From NCBI GenBank assembly GCA_003213455.1, contig QCMX01000002.1, forward strand, positions 1 to 59,176: a stretch of 59,176 nucleotides of DNA, written 5' to 3'. Below are positions 48,282-56,485 of this stretch, piece by piece. The stretch is from SAR86 cluster bacterium AG-422-P06. Lineage in GTDB: Bacteria; Pseudomonadota; Gammaproteobacteria; Magnimaribacterales; TMED112. The notes under the pieces are model-generated. The model was given only the letters and a program-made list of their open reading frames with translations, made no database searches and was not told the DNA's origin. The position numbers were made by a program, and so were the translations under genes. Position 1 is the stretch's first letter; each line of letters opens with the position of its first letter.

Positions 48282-48529
48282 TCTGATTCTCCTTTCTTGA
48301 CGACATCCACTAACATCCAATTCTTTGTCTTAGATATAGGCTTGCACTCTTGAATCCTAACGATATCTCCTTCATTTGAGACTTCTTTTTCATCATGCAC
48401 ATGGTACTTAGTAGATAAGCTTATGTACTTACCATATTTAGGGTGCTTTTTTCGTCTGTCGACGACAACAGTAACTGTCTTATTCATTTTTTGACTTGTT
48501 ACAGTCCCTTGTAATGTTCTAGCTGCCAT
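48278..48529 (-). CDS. rpsQ: 30S ribosomal protein uS17
   Basis: [21 protein letters not shown]...HPKYGKY. Confidence 0.95.
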   Translation of the reverse strand: MAARTLQGTVTSQKMNKTVTVVVDRRKKHPKYGKYISLSTKYHVHDEKEVSNEGDIVRIQECKPISKTKNWMLVDVVKKGESE

Positions 48530-48719
48530 TTTTTGTGTTAATCTCCGTTTTAATTCTTGCTATATTTTTTCTTGCTTCTTTTAAGGTATGACTTTCTTTA
48601 AGTTGGCCCATTTTATGTTTGAAATTGCTTTCAAACAATAGTTTTCTATTGGCAATTAATTCAGTTTTTAAATCTTCTATTTTCATAGTCTTAAAATCTT
48701 TTGCTGCTTTCTTAGCCAT
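48519..48719 (-). CDS. rpmC: 50S ribosomal protein uL29
   Basis: 66 aa, helical, lying between rplP and rpsQ. Confidence 0.93.
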   Translation of the reverse strand: MAKKAAKDFKTMKIEDLKTELIANRKLLFESNFKHKMGQLKESHTLKEARKNIARIKTEINTKNGS

Positions 48720-49128
48720 TTGTACCTCTCTTCACAAAGGTTGTATTCATAGGAAGTTTTGCACCAGCTAATTCAAATGCTCTTTTTGCATCTTTTTCAT
48801 CTACACCAGCAACTTCATAAAGTATTTTTCCAGGCTTTATTGGACTTGCCCAATACTCAACATTTCCTTTTCCTTTACCTTGTCTTGTCTCAAGAGGTTT
48901 CTTTGTAATTGGCTTATCAGGAAATACTCTAATCCAGACTTTTCCTCCTCTTTTAATATGTCTAACTAAAGCTCTTCTAGCAGCCTCAATTTGTCTTGAA
49001 GTTAACATCCCATGAGTTGTAGCCTTAAGGCCAAAATCTCCAAATGCTACAGAAGAACCAGCAGAAGCAAAACCATTATTTCTGCCTTTCATCTGTTTTC
49101 TGTATTTTGTTTTCTTAGGCTGTAGCAC
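48712..49128 (-). CDS. rplP: 50S ribosomal protein uL16
   Basis: [17 protein letters not shown]... GTG start. Confidence 0.95.
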   Translation of the reverse strand: MLQPKKTKYRKQMKGRNNGFASAGSSVAFGDFGLKATTHGMLTSRQIEAARRALVRHIKRGGKVWIRVFPDKPITKKPLETRQGKGKGNVEYWASPIKPGKILYEVAGVDEKDAKRAFELAGAKLPMNTTFVKRGTNG

Positions 49129-49750
49129 CTTTATCTCCTCTATAAATCCAAACTTTTACTCCTATGATTCCATAGGTTGTAAGTGCTTCGCTTGTTGCAT
49201 AATCAATATCTGCTTTTAAAGTGTGAAGGGGCACTCGGCCTTCTCTGTACCATTCAGATCTAGCTATCTCAGCACCATTTAATCTACCAGCTACTGATAT
49301 TCTTATGCCTTTAGCACCCTGTCGCATTGTATTTTGAACTGCTCTTTTCATTGCTTTTCTGAACATAATTCTTTTTTCTAATTGCTGAGTAACAGAAGTA
49401 GCAACTAGCTGAGCATCAAGATCAGGTTGTTTTACTTCGACAACATTAATTTTTACATCTTGGTTAATGATTTTCTTTAGTGCTTTTTTTATTTTTTCTA
49501 TTTCTTCACCTTTTTTTCCAATAACAACACCAGGTCTTGAAGTCTTTATGTCTACAATAACTTCTTCCATTGTTCTTTTAATTATTACTGAACTTATTGG
49601 TGCATTTGGCAATATCTCACGCACTCTATCTCGAACTTTAATGTCTTCTAAGACAAGTTTTGAATAATCTTTTGATTTTGCAAACCATACAGAGTCATGA
49701 TCTCTTGATGTGCCAAGCCTAAAACCTACAGGATTAACTTTCTGTCCCAT
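49115..49750 (-). CDS. rpsC: 30S ribosomal protein uS3 (211 aa, short C-terminus)
   Basis: [13 protein letters not shown]..., KH domain. Confidence 0.96.
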   Translation of the reverse strand: MGQKVNPVGFRLGTSRDHDSVWFAKSKDYSKLVLEDIKVRDRVREILPNAPISSVIIKRTMEEVIVDIKTSRPGVVIGKKGEEIEKIKKALKKIINQDVKINVVEVKQPDLDAQLVATSVTQQLEKRIMFRKAMKRAVQNTMRQGAKGIRISVAGRLNGAEIARSEWYREGRVPLHTLKADIDYATSEALTTYGIIGVKVWIYRGDKGATA

Positions 49751-50102
49751 CTTTAACCTCCTGTTTGTCCTTATTGTCTGATAATTTTATCTCGATGTGG
49801 CACATAGGCTTTTTAATTCTATCTGCTCTACCTCTTGCTCTTATCTTTATTCTTTTCATCACTAAACCTTTATTTACAACAATTGATTTTATTTTGAGGT
49901 CATCAATATCTGCATTCTCATTGTTCTCGGCATTAGAAATTGCTGAATCTAATAATTTCTTGATAAGTTTTGCACCTTTTTGTTTTGAAAAGCTCAAGAT
50001 GTCCAATGCTTTTTCCACATCAAGACCTCGAACCATATCGGCCACTAGACAAGCTTTCTGTGGAGAGAGTCTAGCACCTTTTAAATAAGCTCTTACTTCC
50101 AT
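49734..50102 (-). CDS. rplV: 50S ribosomal protein uL22
   Basis: [17 protein letters not shown]... A short K/D/E-rich C-terminal extension overlaps the rpsC start by 17 nt. Confidence 0.95.
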   Translation of the reverse strand: MEVRAYLKGARLSPQKACLVADMVRGLDVEKALDILSFSKQKGAKLIKKLLDSAISNAENNENADIDDLKIKSIVVNKGLVMKRIKIRARGRADRIKKPMCHIEIKLSDNKDKQEVKDGTES

Positions 50103-50377
50103 TATTTTTTCACCTTCCTATCACCTGCATGCATTTTGAAGGTCCTTGTTATAGAGAACTCTCCAAGCTTTTGACCAACCATATCCTCTTTTACAAAAAC
50201 TGGAATATGTTGGCGTCCATTGTGAACAGCAATTGTAAGATTAACCATATCTGGAGTAATCATTGAACTCCTTGACCAAGTCTTAATCGGTTTTCTATCA
50301 TTTGTTGCTTTAGCTTTAGCTACCTTTTTTTCAAGAGATAAGTCTACAAATGGTCCTTTTTTACTTGATCTAGCCAT
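50102..50377 (-). CDS. rpsS: 30S ribosomal protein uS19
   Basis: [12 protein letters not shown]...[12 protein letters not shown]. Confidence 0.96.
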   Translation of the reverse strand: MARSSKKGPFVDLSLEKKVAKAKATNDRKPIKTWSRSSMITPDMVNLTIAVHNGRQHIPVFVKEDMVGQKLGEFSITRTFKMHAGDRKVKK

Positions 50378-51198
50378 TATTTATATCTCCTTTTCACAAT
50401 TAATTTATCACTAGCCTTTGGTTTTCTTGTTCTATAACCTTTTGTTGGGGTACCCCAAGGTGATACCGGATTTCGTCCCCCAGAAGTTTTCCCTTCACCA
50501 CCACCATGTGGGTGATCGACAGGGTTCATCGCAACACCTCTTACTGTTGGTCTAACGCCTCTCCATCTTTTAGCTCCTGCCTTTCCAAGAGATTTAAGAT
50601 TGTGTTGTGTGTTTGAAATAACACCAATTGTAGCTCGGCATGTTAATAAGATTTTTCTCATTTCCCCAGAACTTAGTCTTAACGTTGCATACTTTCCTTC
50701 TTTAGCAACTAATCTGGCAGTAGTGCCTGCTGAACGAATTAATTGTGCCCCTTTTCCTGGTCTCATTTCTACACAATGAACCTCAGTACCTTGAGGTATC
50801 TCGCTTAGTGGTAAACAATTACCTGATTTGATAGGTGCTTTATCACTAGACACAACCTTTGACTTTTCTTTGAGATCTTTGGGAGCAATGATGTATGCTT
50901 TTTCGCCATCTTTATATTCAATTAAGGCAATATTAGCTGATCTGTTTGGATCATATTCTATTCTTTGCACTATGCCTTCTACATCAATTTTTTGTCTTTT
51001 AAAATCAATCATTCTGTAGAGTCTTTTATGGCCGCCGCCTTTATGTCTGACTGTAATATGGCCATTATTATTTCTTCCAGAGATTCGTCTTTTTGACTCA
51101 ACAAGTGTTTTCTCAGGTCTTCCTTTGTGAAGATCTTCCCTAATAAGTACCCTAAACCTTCTTCCAGGAGATGTAGGTTTTGCTTTGATGATAGCCAT
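50377..51198 (-). CDS. rplB: 50S ribosomal protein uL2
   Basis: ATG at 51198 ([15 protein letters not shown]...). Also [14 protein letters not shown]. Confidence 0.96.
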   Translation of the reverse strand: MAIIKAKPTSPGRRFRVLIREDLHKGRPEKTLVESKRRISGRNNNGHITVRHKGGGHKRLYRMIDFKRQKIDVEGIVQRIEYDPNRSANIALIEYKDGEKAYIIAPKDLKEKSKVVSSDKAPIKSGNCLPLSEIPQGTEVHCVEMRPGKGAQLIRSAGTTARLVAKEGKYATLRLSSGEMRKILLTCRATIGVISNTQHNLKSLGKAGAKRWRGVRPTVRGVAMNPVDHPHGGGEGKTSGGRNPVSPWGTPTKGYRTRKPKASDKLIVKRRYK

Positions 51199-51199
51199 T

Positions 51200-51499
51200 T
51201 TATTTAAAAGGATTCTCCATGTTAATTTCTTTGCCTTCAGCAAGCTTTATGTAAGCTTTCTTATAGGTGCTTGTTTTGTATTTACCAAATCTTGTTCTTT
51301 TATTCTTAAACTTTGTATTCAGGACTCGTACAGACTCAACTTGGACTCCGAAGATTTCCTCTATAGAATTTTTTATTTCCACTTTTGTTGCTTCTTTAGC
51401 AACTTTAAATACATACGTATTAGATGTGCTTTTTTCTATTGCAGCTTTTTCACTAATTACAGGATTCTTAATTGTTGTATAAATTTTTTCACTTAACAT
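51200..51499 (-). CDS. rplW: 50S ribosomal protein uL23
   Basis: 99 aa lying between rplD and rplB. ...[17 protein letters not shown]. Confidence 0.94.
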   Translation of the reverse strand: MLSEKIYTTIKNPVISEKAAIEKSTSNTYVFKVAKEATKVEIKNSIEEIFGVQVESVRVLNTKFKNKRTRFGKYKTSTYKKAYIKLAEGKEINMENPFK

Positions 51500-52124
51500 T
51501 TAATGCCTCCTTAAGAATTGGTACAGCTGAATGTGTTAGCAATATATGTTTAGCCTTAAGAAGATCATAAGGATTTACGTCTTTTGCATCCAAGAAATTG
51601 AAATGTTTTAGATTTCTTATTGCTAGCATAGTATTTTGATCTAAGTCAGATGCGATAAGCAAAGCTGACTCTTGTCCGCTCTTTTTAAAATATTCTTGAG
51701 CTAATTTTGTTTTTGGTTCTTTGAAGCTCACATCATCTACAAGATCTAATCTTTTTTCAGATTTAAATTTTGAGAGGATTGATGCTAAAGCTTTTTTTGC
51801 CATTTTTTTATTGATCTTTTTTGTGTAATTTTTAGCATTAGCAAAGGTGACGCCGCCGCCCACCCAAAGAGGACTTCTTATTGTCCCTGCTCTAGCACGA
51901 CCAGTTCCTTTTTGTTTAAATGGCTTTCTTCCTCCGCCTCTAACAGCTGATCTATTTTTAAGCATAACTGAGCCTTGTCTTTCATTAGACATATAGCTCG
52001 TTAAAGCTTGATGAACCAGAGATTCATTAAAATCAACTGAAAAAACTTCACTAGGAAGTTTAGGTTTAGCTGCTTTTTTTGTTACTGGTTTAGCTGCTTT
52101 TTTTGTTACTTTAGCTTCTGCCAT
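51489..52124 (-). CDS. rplD: 50S ribosomal protein uL4 with a K/A-rich repeated N-terminus
   Basis: Core FNESLVHQALTSY...KGTGRARAGTIRSPLWVGGGVTF. The N-terminus is MAEAKVTKKAAKPVTKKAAKPKLP. Confidence 0.94.
   Translation of the reverse strand: MAEAKVTKKAAKPVTKKAAKPKLPSEVFSVDFNESLVHQALTSYMSNERQGSVMLKNRSAVRGGGRKPFKQKGTGRARAGTIRSPLWVGGGVTFANAKNYTKKINKKMAKKALASILSKFKSEKRLDLVDDVSFKEPKTKLAQEYFKKSGQESALLIASDLDQNTMLAIRNLKHFNFLDAKDVNPYDLLKAKHILLTHSAVPILKEALNVK
52065..52112. repeat. 24-nt in-frame direct repeat (x2) at the rplD 5' end
   Basis: tttagctgctttttttgttact occurs at 52065-52086 and 52089-52110. It encodes VTKKAAKP twice. Confidence 0.88.
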
Positions 52125-53128
52125 TATTCCTTCTTATCCTCTTTCTTTGCTTCGACTTTTTCTTCAGCAGTATTTGTCTCTTCTTTTACTGCTTCCTCTG
52201 TTGCCTTAACTTCTTTTGCCTCTTCTTTTGCCTCTTCTTTTGCCTCTTCTTTTGCCTCTTCTTTTGTCTCTTCTTTTGTCTCTTCTTTTACTGCTTCCTC
52301 TGTTGCCTGTGCTTCATTAGGCTCCTCTTCTGCAACTTCAGTGCTTGCATCACTGACATCTGAAGCTTTATCTGCTTCAGTATTTTGATTTTCGTTAGAC
52401 TCTTCTGGTGTTGCAGTTTCTGCAATATTTTCAACTGACTCTTCTGTTTCAGTTGCTGCATCTGCAACCTCATCAATAATTGGTTCAAGTGAAAGTTTTG
52501 CACCATCTTTAATTGATGGAGTGACCTTAACATATGAACCTATTGATCCTGGAACTGCACCTTTTACTAATAAAACATTTTCATCTAAATCAATTTTTTC
52601 TATTTCAAGATTCTGTACTGTTGTATTTCTGTCTCCCATGTGTCCAGCCATTTTTTTACCTTTAAAAACTCTGCCCGGAAATTGACATTGGCCTATGGAA
52701 CCAGGAGCTCTATGCGCTAGGGAATTACCATGGGTTGCATCTTGTGTTTTGAAGTTATGTCTCTTAACTACACCAGCAAAACCTTTACCTTTTGACACTC
52801 CAGATACGTCAACTTTATCTGTCCCGCTGAAAGGGTGTAGTGTTATTTCTTTTGCATCAACTAGATAGTTAAATTCTTCTTCAGATAAATTAAATTCTGT
52901 TAAATATCCTTTTTCTGCATTATTGTCCTTGAATTTTTTTTCTAAACTTTTTGAAACTTTCTTTTTGGAACCAAAATTTACTTGTACAGCATAGTAACCA
53001 TCTTTCTCTGCAGTCTTTCTTTGAACTATCTTGCTTTGTGCAACAGATATAACTGTGACAGGCACAGAAGTTCCATTATCTTTAAAGACACGCGTCATCC
53101 CAACTTTTGTTCCAATTACTCCAAGCAT
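52124..53128 (-). CDS. rplC: 50S ribosomal protein uL3 with an acidic C-terminal extension of about 125 aa
   Basis: The canonical uL3 runs to about residue 207 (GTKVGMTRVF, FKTQDATHGNSLAHRAPGSIG, LLVKGAVPGS). An E/A/T/K-rich tail follows, containing (KEEA/KEET) repeats. Confidence 0.93.
   Translation of the reverse strand: MLGVIGTKVGMTRVFKDNGTSVPVTVISVAQSKIVQRKTAEKDGYYAVQVNFGSKKKVSKSLEKKFKDNNAEKGYLTEFNLSEEEFNYLVDAKEITLHPFSGTDKVDVSGVSKGKGFAGVVKRHNFKTQDATHGNSLAHRAPGSIGQCQFPGRVFKGKKMAGHMGDRNTTVQNLEIEKIDLDENVLLVKGAVPGSIGSYVKVTPSIKDGAKLSLEPIIDEVADAATETEESVENIAETATPEESNENQNTEADKASDVSDASTEVAEEEPNEAQATEEAVKEETKEETKEEAKEEAKEEAKEEAKEVKATEEAVKEETNTAEEKVEAKKEDKKE
52217..52288. repeat. 12-nt in-frame tandem repeat (6 copies) inside the rplC tail, bracketed by a 32-nt direct repeat
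   Basis: tgcctcttcttt x4 (52217-52264), then tgtctcttcttt x2 (52265-52288). An identical 32-mer, tgtctcttcttttactgcttcctctgttgcct, lies at 52175-52206 and 52277-52308. Confidence 0.9.
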
Positions 53129-53129
53129 T

Positions 53130-53441
53130 TTAATTAAGGGTTATTTTTACATCCACTCCAGCAGCAATATCTAAGCGCATTAGAGCATCTACAGTCTGCT
53201 CAGTAGGGTTAATGATGTCGAACAATCTCTTATGTGTTCTTGTCTCGTATTGATCACGAGCTTTTTTATCTACATGAGGTGATGTGAGAATTGTGAGCTT
53301 TTCTTTTTTTACAGGCAAAGGAATAGGCCCAACAACTTTTGCGCCGGTTTTTGTGACTGTCTCAAGAATTTCTTTCGTTGATTTATCAACCAACTTATGA
53401 TCGAAAGCCTTAAGTTTTATCCTAATTTTTTGCTGTTCCAT
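53130..53441 (-). CDS. rpsJ: 30S ribosomal protein uS10
   Basis: [16 protein letters not shown]...; first gene of the S10 operon. Confidence 0.96.
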   Translation of the reverse strand: MEQQKIRIKLKAFDHKLVDKSTKEILETVTKTGAKVVGPIPLPVKKEKLTILTSPHVDKKARDQYETRTHKRLFDIINPTEQTVDALMRLDIAAGVDVKITLN

Positions 53442-53469
53442 AATCGCCTTTTAGATTAGAAAGACCACG

Positions 53470-53498
53470 ATTTTAAGGCTTTAAATAGGGAGTGTCAA
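53470..53498 (-). promoter_or_regulatory. Candidate sigma70 promoter of the S10 operon
   Basis: The minus strand reads TTGACA (53498-53493), a 17-nt spacer, then TAAAAT (53475-53470). The rpsJ ATG lies 28 nt downstream of the -10, preceded by an AAGG SD. Confidence 0.6.
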
Positions 53499-53507
53499 AG
53501 GATTTAT

Positions 53508-55595
53508 CTAATTCTTATTGATAATTTCTTCTGTCAAATTTGATGGAACTTCTAGGTATTTTTCAAACTCCATGGTGTAAGTAGCTCTACCTTGAGTTGC
53601 TGACCTCAAATCTGTTGCATATCCAAACATTTCTGAAAGAGGTACCAATGCCGTTATAGCCTTTCCTGACGGGATATCCTCCATATTCTGGACTTGTCCT
53701 CTTCTTCTATTTAGATCACCTACAACATCTCCCATATAGTCTTCGGGAGTAACAACCTCAACATCCATCATTGGCTCTAACAATACAGGGTTAGCTTTTA
53801 ATGCTCCATCTTTAGCTGCCATAGATCCAGCAAGTTTGAATGCCATTTCACTTGAATCTACCTCGTGATAAGAACCATCATAAAGTGTAACTTTCACACC
53901 TTGTAACGGATAGCCTGCAACAACACCGTTTTGTAGTTGCTCTTGCACGCCTTTTGACACAGCAGGTATGTATTCTTTAGGTATAGAACCACCTTTAATT
54001 TCATCAACAAACTCAAATTCTTCTTCACATGGTTCCATGCGCATCATAACGTGACCATATTGACCTTTACCACCAGATTGTTTTGCATATTTATGTTCTA
54101 CTTCGACGTGAGATTTTATTGCTTCTCTGTAAGCTACTTGAGGTTTTCCAACATTAGCTTCAACACTAAATTCTCTTTTCATCCTTTCTACAAGGACTTC
54201 AAGGTGAAGTTCACCCATACCTGAAATAATTGTCTGGCCAGATTCCTCATCTGAACTTACCCTAAATGATGGGTCTTCTTGCGCAAGTTTTCCTAGAGCG
54301 ATAGACATTTTCTCTTGATCAGGCTTAGATTTTGGTTCGACTGCAAGCGAAATGACAGGTTCTGGAAATTCCATTCTCTCTAATACCACTAAATCTTTTG
54401 CATCAGACAGTGTGTCACCAGTTGTTACATTTTTTAAACCTATGCAAGCTGCAATATCTCCAGCTCTTACCTCTTTAATCTCTTCTCTGTTGTTTGAGTG
54501 CATCTGAACCATTCTTCCAATTCTCTCTTTGTCGTCTTTAACTGTATTTATCACACCATCACCTTGTGATAAGACACCTGAATAGACTCTAACAAAGGTT
54601 AAATTTCCGACGAATGGGTCTGTTGCAATTTTGAATGCAAGTGCTGAAAAAGGCTCATCATCACTTGAACTTCTGGATGTTGGTTCTTCAGTTTTTGGAT
54701 GTATTCCCTCAATAGCTTTTACTTCATCAGGTGCAGGCAAATATTCAATAACAGCATCTAATACTGCTTGTACACCCTTATTTTTGAATGCTGAACCACA
54801 CAAAGCTAGTGTGATTTCATTTGCTAAAACTCTTTGTCTTAAACCTTTCTTTATTTCTTCTTCATTTAAATCCCCAGATTCTAGGTATTTTTCCATCAGC
54901 TCTTCATTTGCTTCTGCAGCTGCTTCAAGCAGCTCTTCTCTTAGTGTTTCACATTTAGAAACTAAATCTTCAGGTATATCTGTATATTCAAATGTTGATC
55001 CCTTGTCAGCCTCATTCCATGTAATCGTCTTCATTTTAATAAGGTCTATTACGCCTTTGAAATCATCTTCAGCACCTATGTTGTATTGAATAGGAACAAC
55101 TGTTGCACCAAGTCGATCTCTAATTTGGTCTACAACTCTTTCAAAGTCTGCACCAGCTCTATCCATTTTATTCACAAAAACAATTCTTGGAACTTCATAT
55201 CTATTAGCTTGTCTCCATACAGTCTCAGATTGTGGCTGAACACCTGATGAACCACAGAAGACTACAACTGCACCATCTAGAACTCTTAAAGATCTTTCAA
55301 CTTCAATTGTAAAATCAACGTGACCAGGAGTATCAATGATATTAACTCTATGTTCTTCAAACTGTTGCTCCATACCTTGCCAGAAACATGTAGTTGCAGC
55401 AGATGTAATAGTGATACCTCTTTCTTGTTCTTGCTCCATCCAGTCCATTACAGCTGCGCCATCATGAACTTCTCCAATTTTGTGAGATATGCCTGTATAG
55501 AAGAGCACTCTTTCTGTAGTAGTTGTTTTTCCTGCATCTACGTGCGCACATATTCCGATATTTCTGTATCTATTCAGTGGTGTTTTTCTTGCCAT
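53508..55595 (-). CDS. fusA: Elongation factor G
   Basis: [28 protein letters not shown] and NKMDR motifs. 695 aa. rpsL-rpsG-fusA order. Confidence 0.97.
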   Translation of the reverse strand: MARKTPLNRYRNIGICAHVDAGKTTTTERVLFYTGISHKIGEVHDGAAVMDWMEQEQERGITITSAATTCFWQGMEQQFEEHRVNIIDTPGHVDFTIEVERSLRVLDGAVVVFCGSSGVQPQSETVWRQANRYEVPRIVFVNKMDRAGADFERVVDQIRDRLGATVVPIQYNIGAEDDFKGVIDLIKMKTITWNEADKGSTFEYTDIPEDLVSKCETLREELLEAAAEANEELMEKYLESGDLNEEEIKKGLRQRVLANEITLALCGSAFKNKGVQAVLDAVIEYLPAPDEVKAIEGIHPKTEEPTSRSSSDDEPFSALAFKIATDPFVGNLTFVRVYSGVLSQGDGVINTVKDDKERIGRMVQMHSNNREEIKEVRAGDIAACIGLKNVTTGDTLSDAKDLVVLERMEFPEPVISLAVEPKSKPDQEKMSIALGKLAQEDPSFRVSSDEESGQTIISGMGELHLEVLVERMKREFSVEANVGKPQVAYREAIKSHVEVEHKYAKQSGGKGQYGHVMMRMEPCEEEFEFVDEIKGGSIPKEYIPAVSKGVQEQLQNGVVAGYPLQGVKVTLYDGSYHEVDSSEMAFKLAGSMAAKDGALKANPVLLEPMMDVEVVTPEDYMGDVVGDLNRRRGQVQNMEDIPSGKAITALVPLSEMFGYATDLRSATQGRATYTMEFEKYLEVPSNLTEEIINKN

Positions 55596-55597
55596 GA

Positions 55598-56068
55598 TTA
55601 AAACCTAAAGTGTGCAAAAGCTTTATTTGCTTCTGCCATTCTATGCATATCCTCTTTTTTCTTGACTGCTGATCCTTTTCCATCTTTTGCTTCTTTGAGT
55701 TCGGCAGCTAGTCTTGCTGGCATAGATTTCTCTTTTCTATTTCGTGCAGCCTCTACAAGCCATCTCATTGCTAATGCAGTTCTTCTTTTGGCTCTGACTT
55801 CTACAGGAACCTGATAAGTGGCTCCGCCAATTCTTCTTGATCTGACTTCAACAACTGGTGCTACCTTATCTAAAATCTTTTTGAATACTTCAACTAGATC
55901 TTCGCCTTTACTATCTTTTTCTAGCTGTTCAAATGCACCATATACAATGCTTTCTGCAATTGATTTTTTCCCATCAACCATTAGTTGGTTCATGAACTTA
56001 GCAATGATCTCACTTTCGTATTTGGAATCAGGGATAATTTTTCTTTTTGGTGCCGCTCTTCTTCTCAT
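55598..56068 (-). CDS. rpsG: 30S ribosomal protein uS7
   Basis: [17 protein letters not shown]...; ends AFAHFRF. Confidence 0.96.
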   Translation of the reverse strand: MRRRAAPKRKIIPDSKYESEIIAKFMNQLMVDGKKSIAESIVYGAFEQLEKDSKGEDLVEVFKKILDKVAPVVEVRSRRIGGATYQVPVEVRAKRRTALAMRWLVEAARNRKEKSMPARLAAELKEAKDGKGSAVKKKEDMHRMAEANKAFAHFRF

Positions 56069-56439
56069 TACTTACCTCTTTTAGCACCGTACTTAGATCT
56101 TCCCTGTTTTCTTTCTGATACTCCAGAAGTATCCAAGGCTCCCCTAACGGTGTGATATCTAACACCAGGCAAATCTTTTACTCTACCGCCTCTTATGAGG
56201 ACAACTGAGTGTTCTTGTAAATTATGACCTTCACCACCTATATAAGAAGTGACCTCAAAACCTGAAGTAAGCTTAACTCTGCAAACCTTTCTTAAAGCTG
56301 AGTTTGGTTTTTTTGGTGTAGTTGTGTACACACGCGTGCATACGCCTCTTCTTTGAGGGCAGTTTTTTAATGCAGGAACATCACTCTTTGTAGCTTTTGT
56401 TCTACGTGGTTTCCTAACTAATTGATTTATCGTAGCCAT
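56068..56439 (-). CDS. rpsL: 30S ribosomal protein uS12
   Basis: [13 protein letters not shown]...[11 protein letters not shown]... Confidence 0.97.
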   Translation of the reverse strand: MATINQLVRKPRRTKATKSDVPALKNCPQRRGVCTRVYTTTPKKPNSALRKVCRVKLTSGFEVTSYIGGEGHNLQEHSVVLIRGGRVKDLPGVRYHTVRGALDTSGVSERKQGRSKYGAKRGK

Positions 56440-56453
56440 TTTTTAAAAACTGA

Positions 56454-56482
56454 ATAATAAAGCAGTGCTAATCATGGGTCAA
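56454..56482 (-). promoter_or_regulatory. Candidate sigma70 promoter upstream of rpsL
   Basis: The minus strand reads TTGACC (56482-56477), a 17-nt spacer, then TATTAT (56459-56454). Only 14 nt separate the -10 from the rpsL ATG. Confidence 0.4.
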
Positions 56483-56485
56483 TGT

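Noticed and set aside
24208-52288. Tandem repeats in rpsB, rplQ, rplD and rplC, considered as possible CRISPR arrays or satellite or mobile-element repeats.
   Set aside because: The units are contiguous with no spacers. Their lengths are multiples of three (33, 45, 24 and 12 nt), and they lie in-frame within continuous ribosomal-protein ORFs. They are coding low-complexity repeats.
52288-52533. 81-aa minus-strand ORF in an alternative frame of the rplC tail.
   Set aside because: It has the same explanation as the rplQ case: a frame-shifted reading of a low-complexity repeat within a continuous uL3 ORF.
54631-55089. 152-aa plus-strand ORF antisense to fusA. Similar cases lie at 33945-34406 (antisense to rpmA/rplU), 28752-29153 (antisense to grpE) and 26887-27240 (antisense to dnaK).
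   Set aside because: All are Ser/Leu/Phe-rich mirror-frame ORFs inside highly conserved genes. None has an independent signal, and the compact gene map is fully explained without them.
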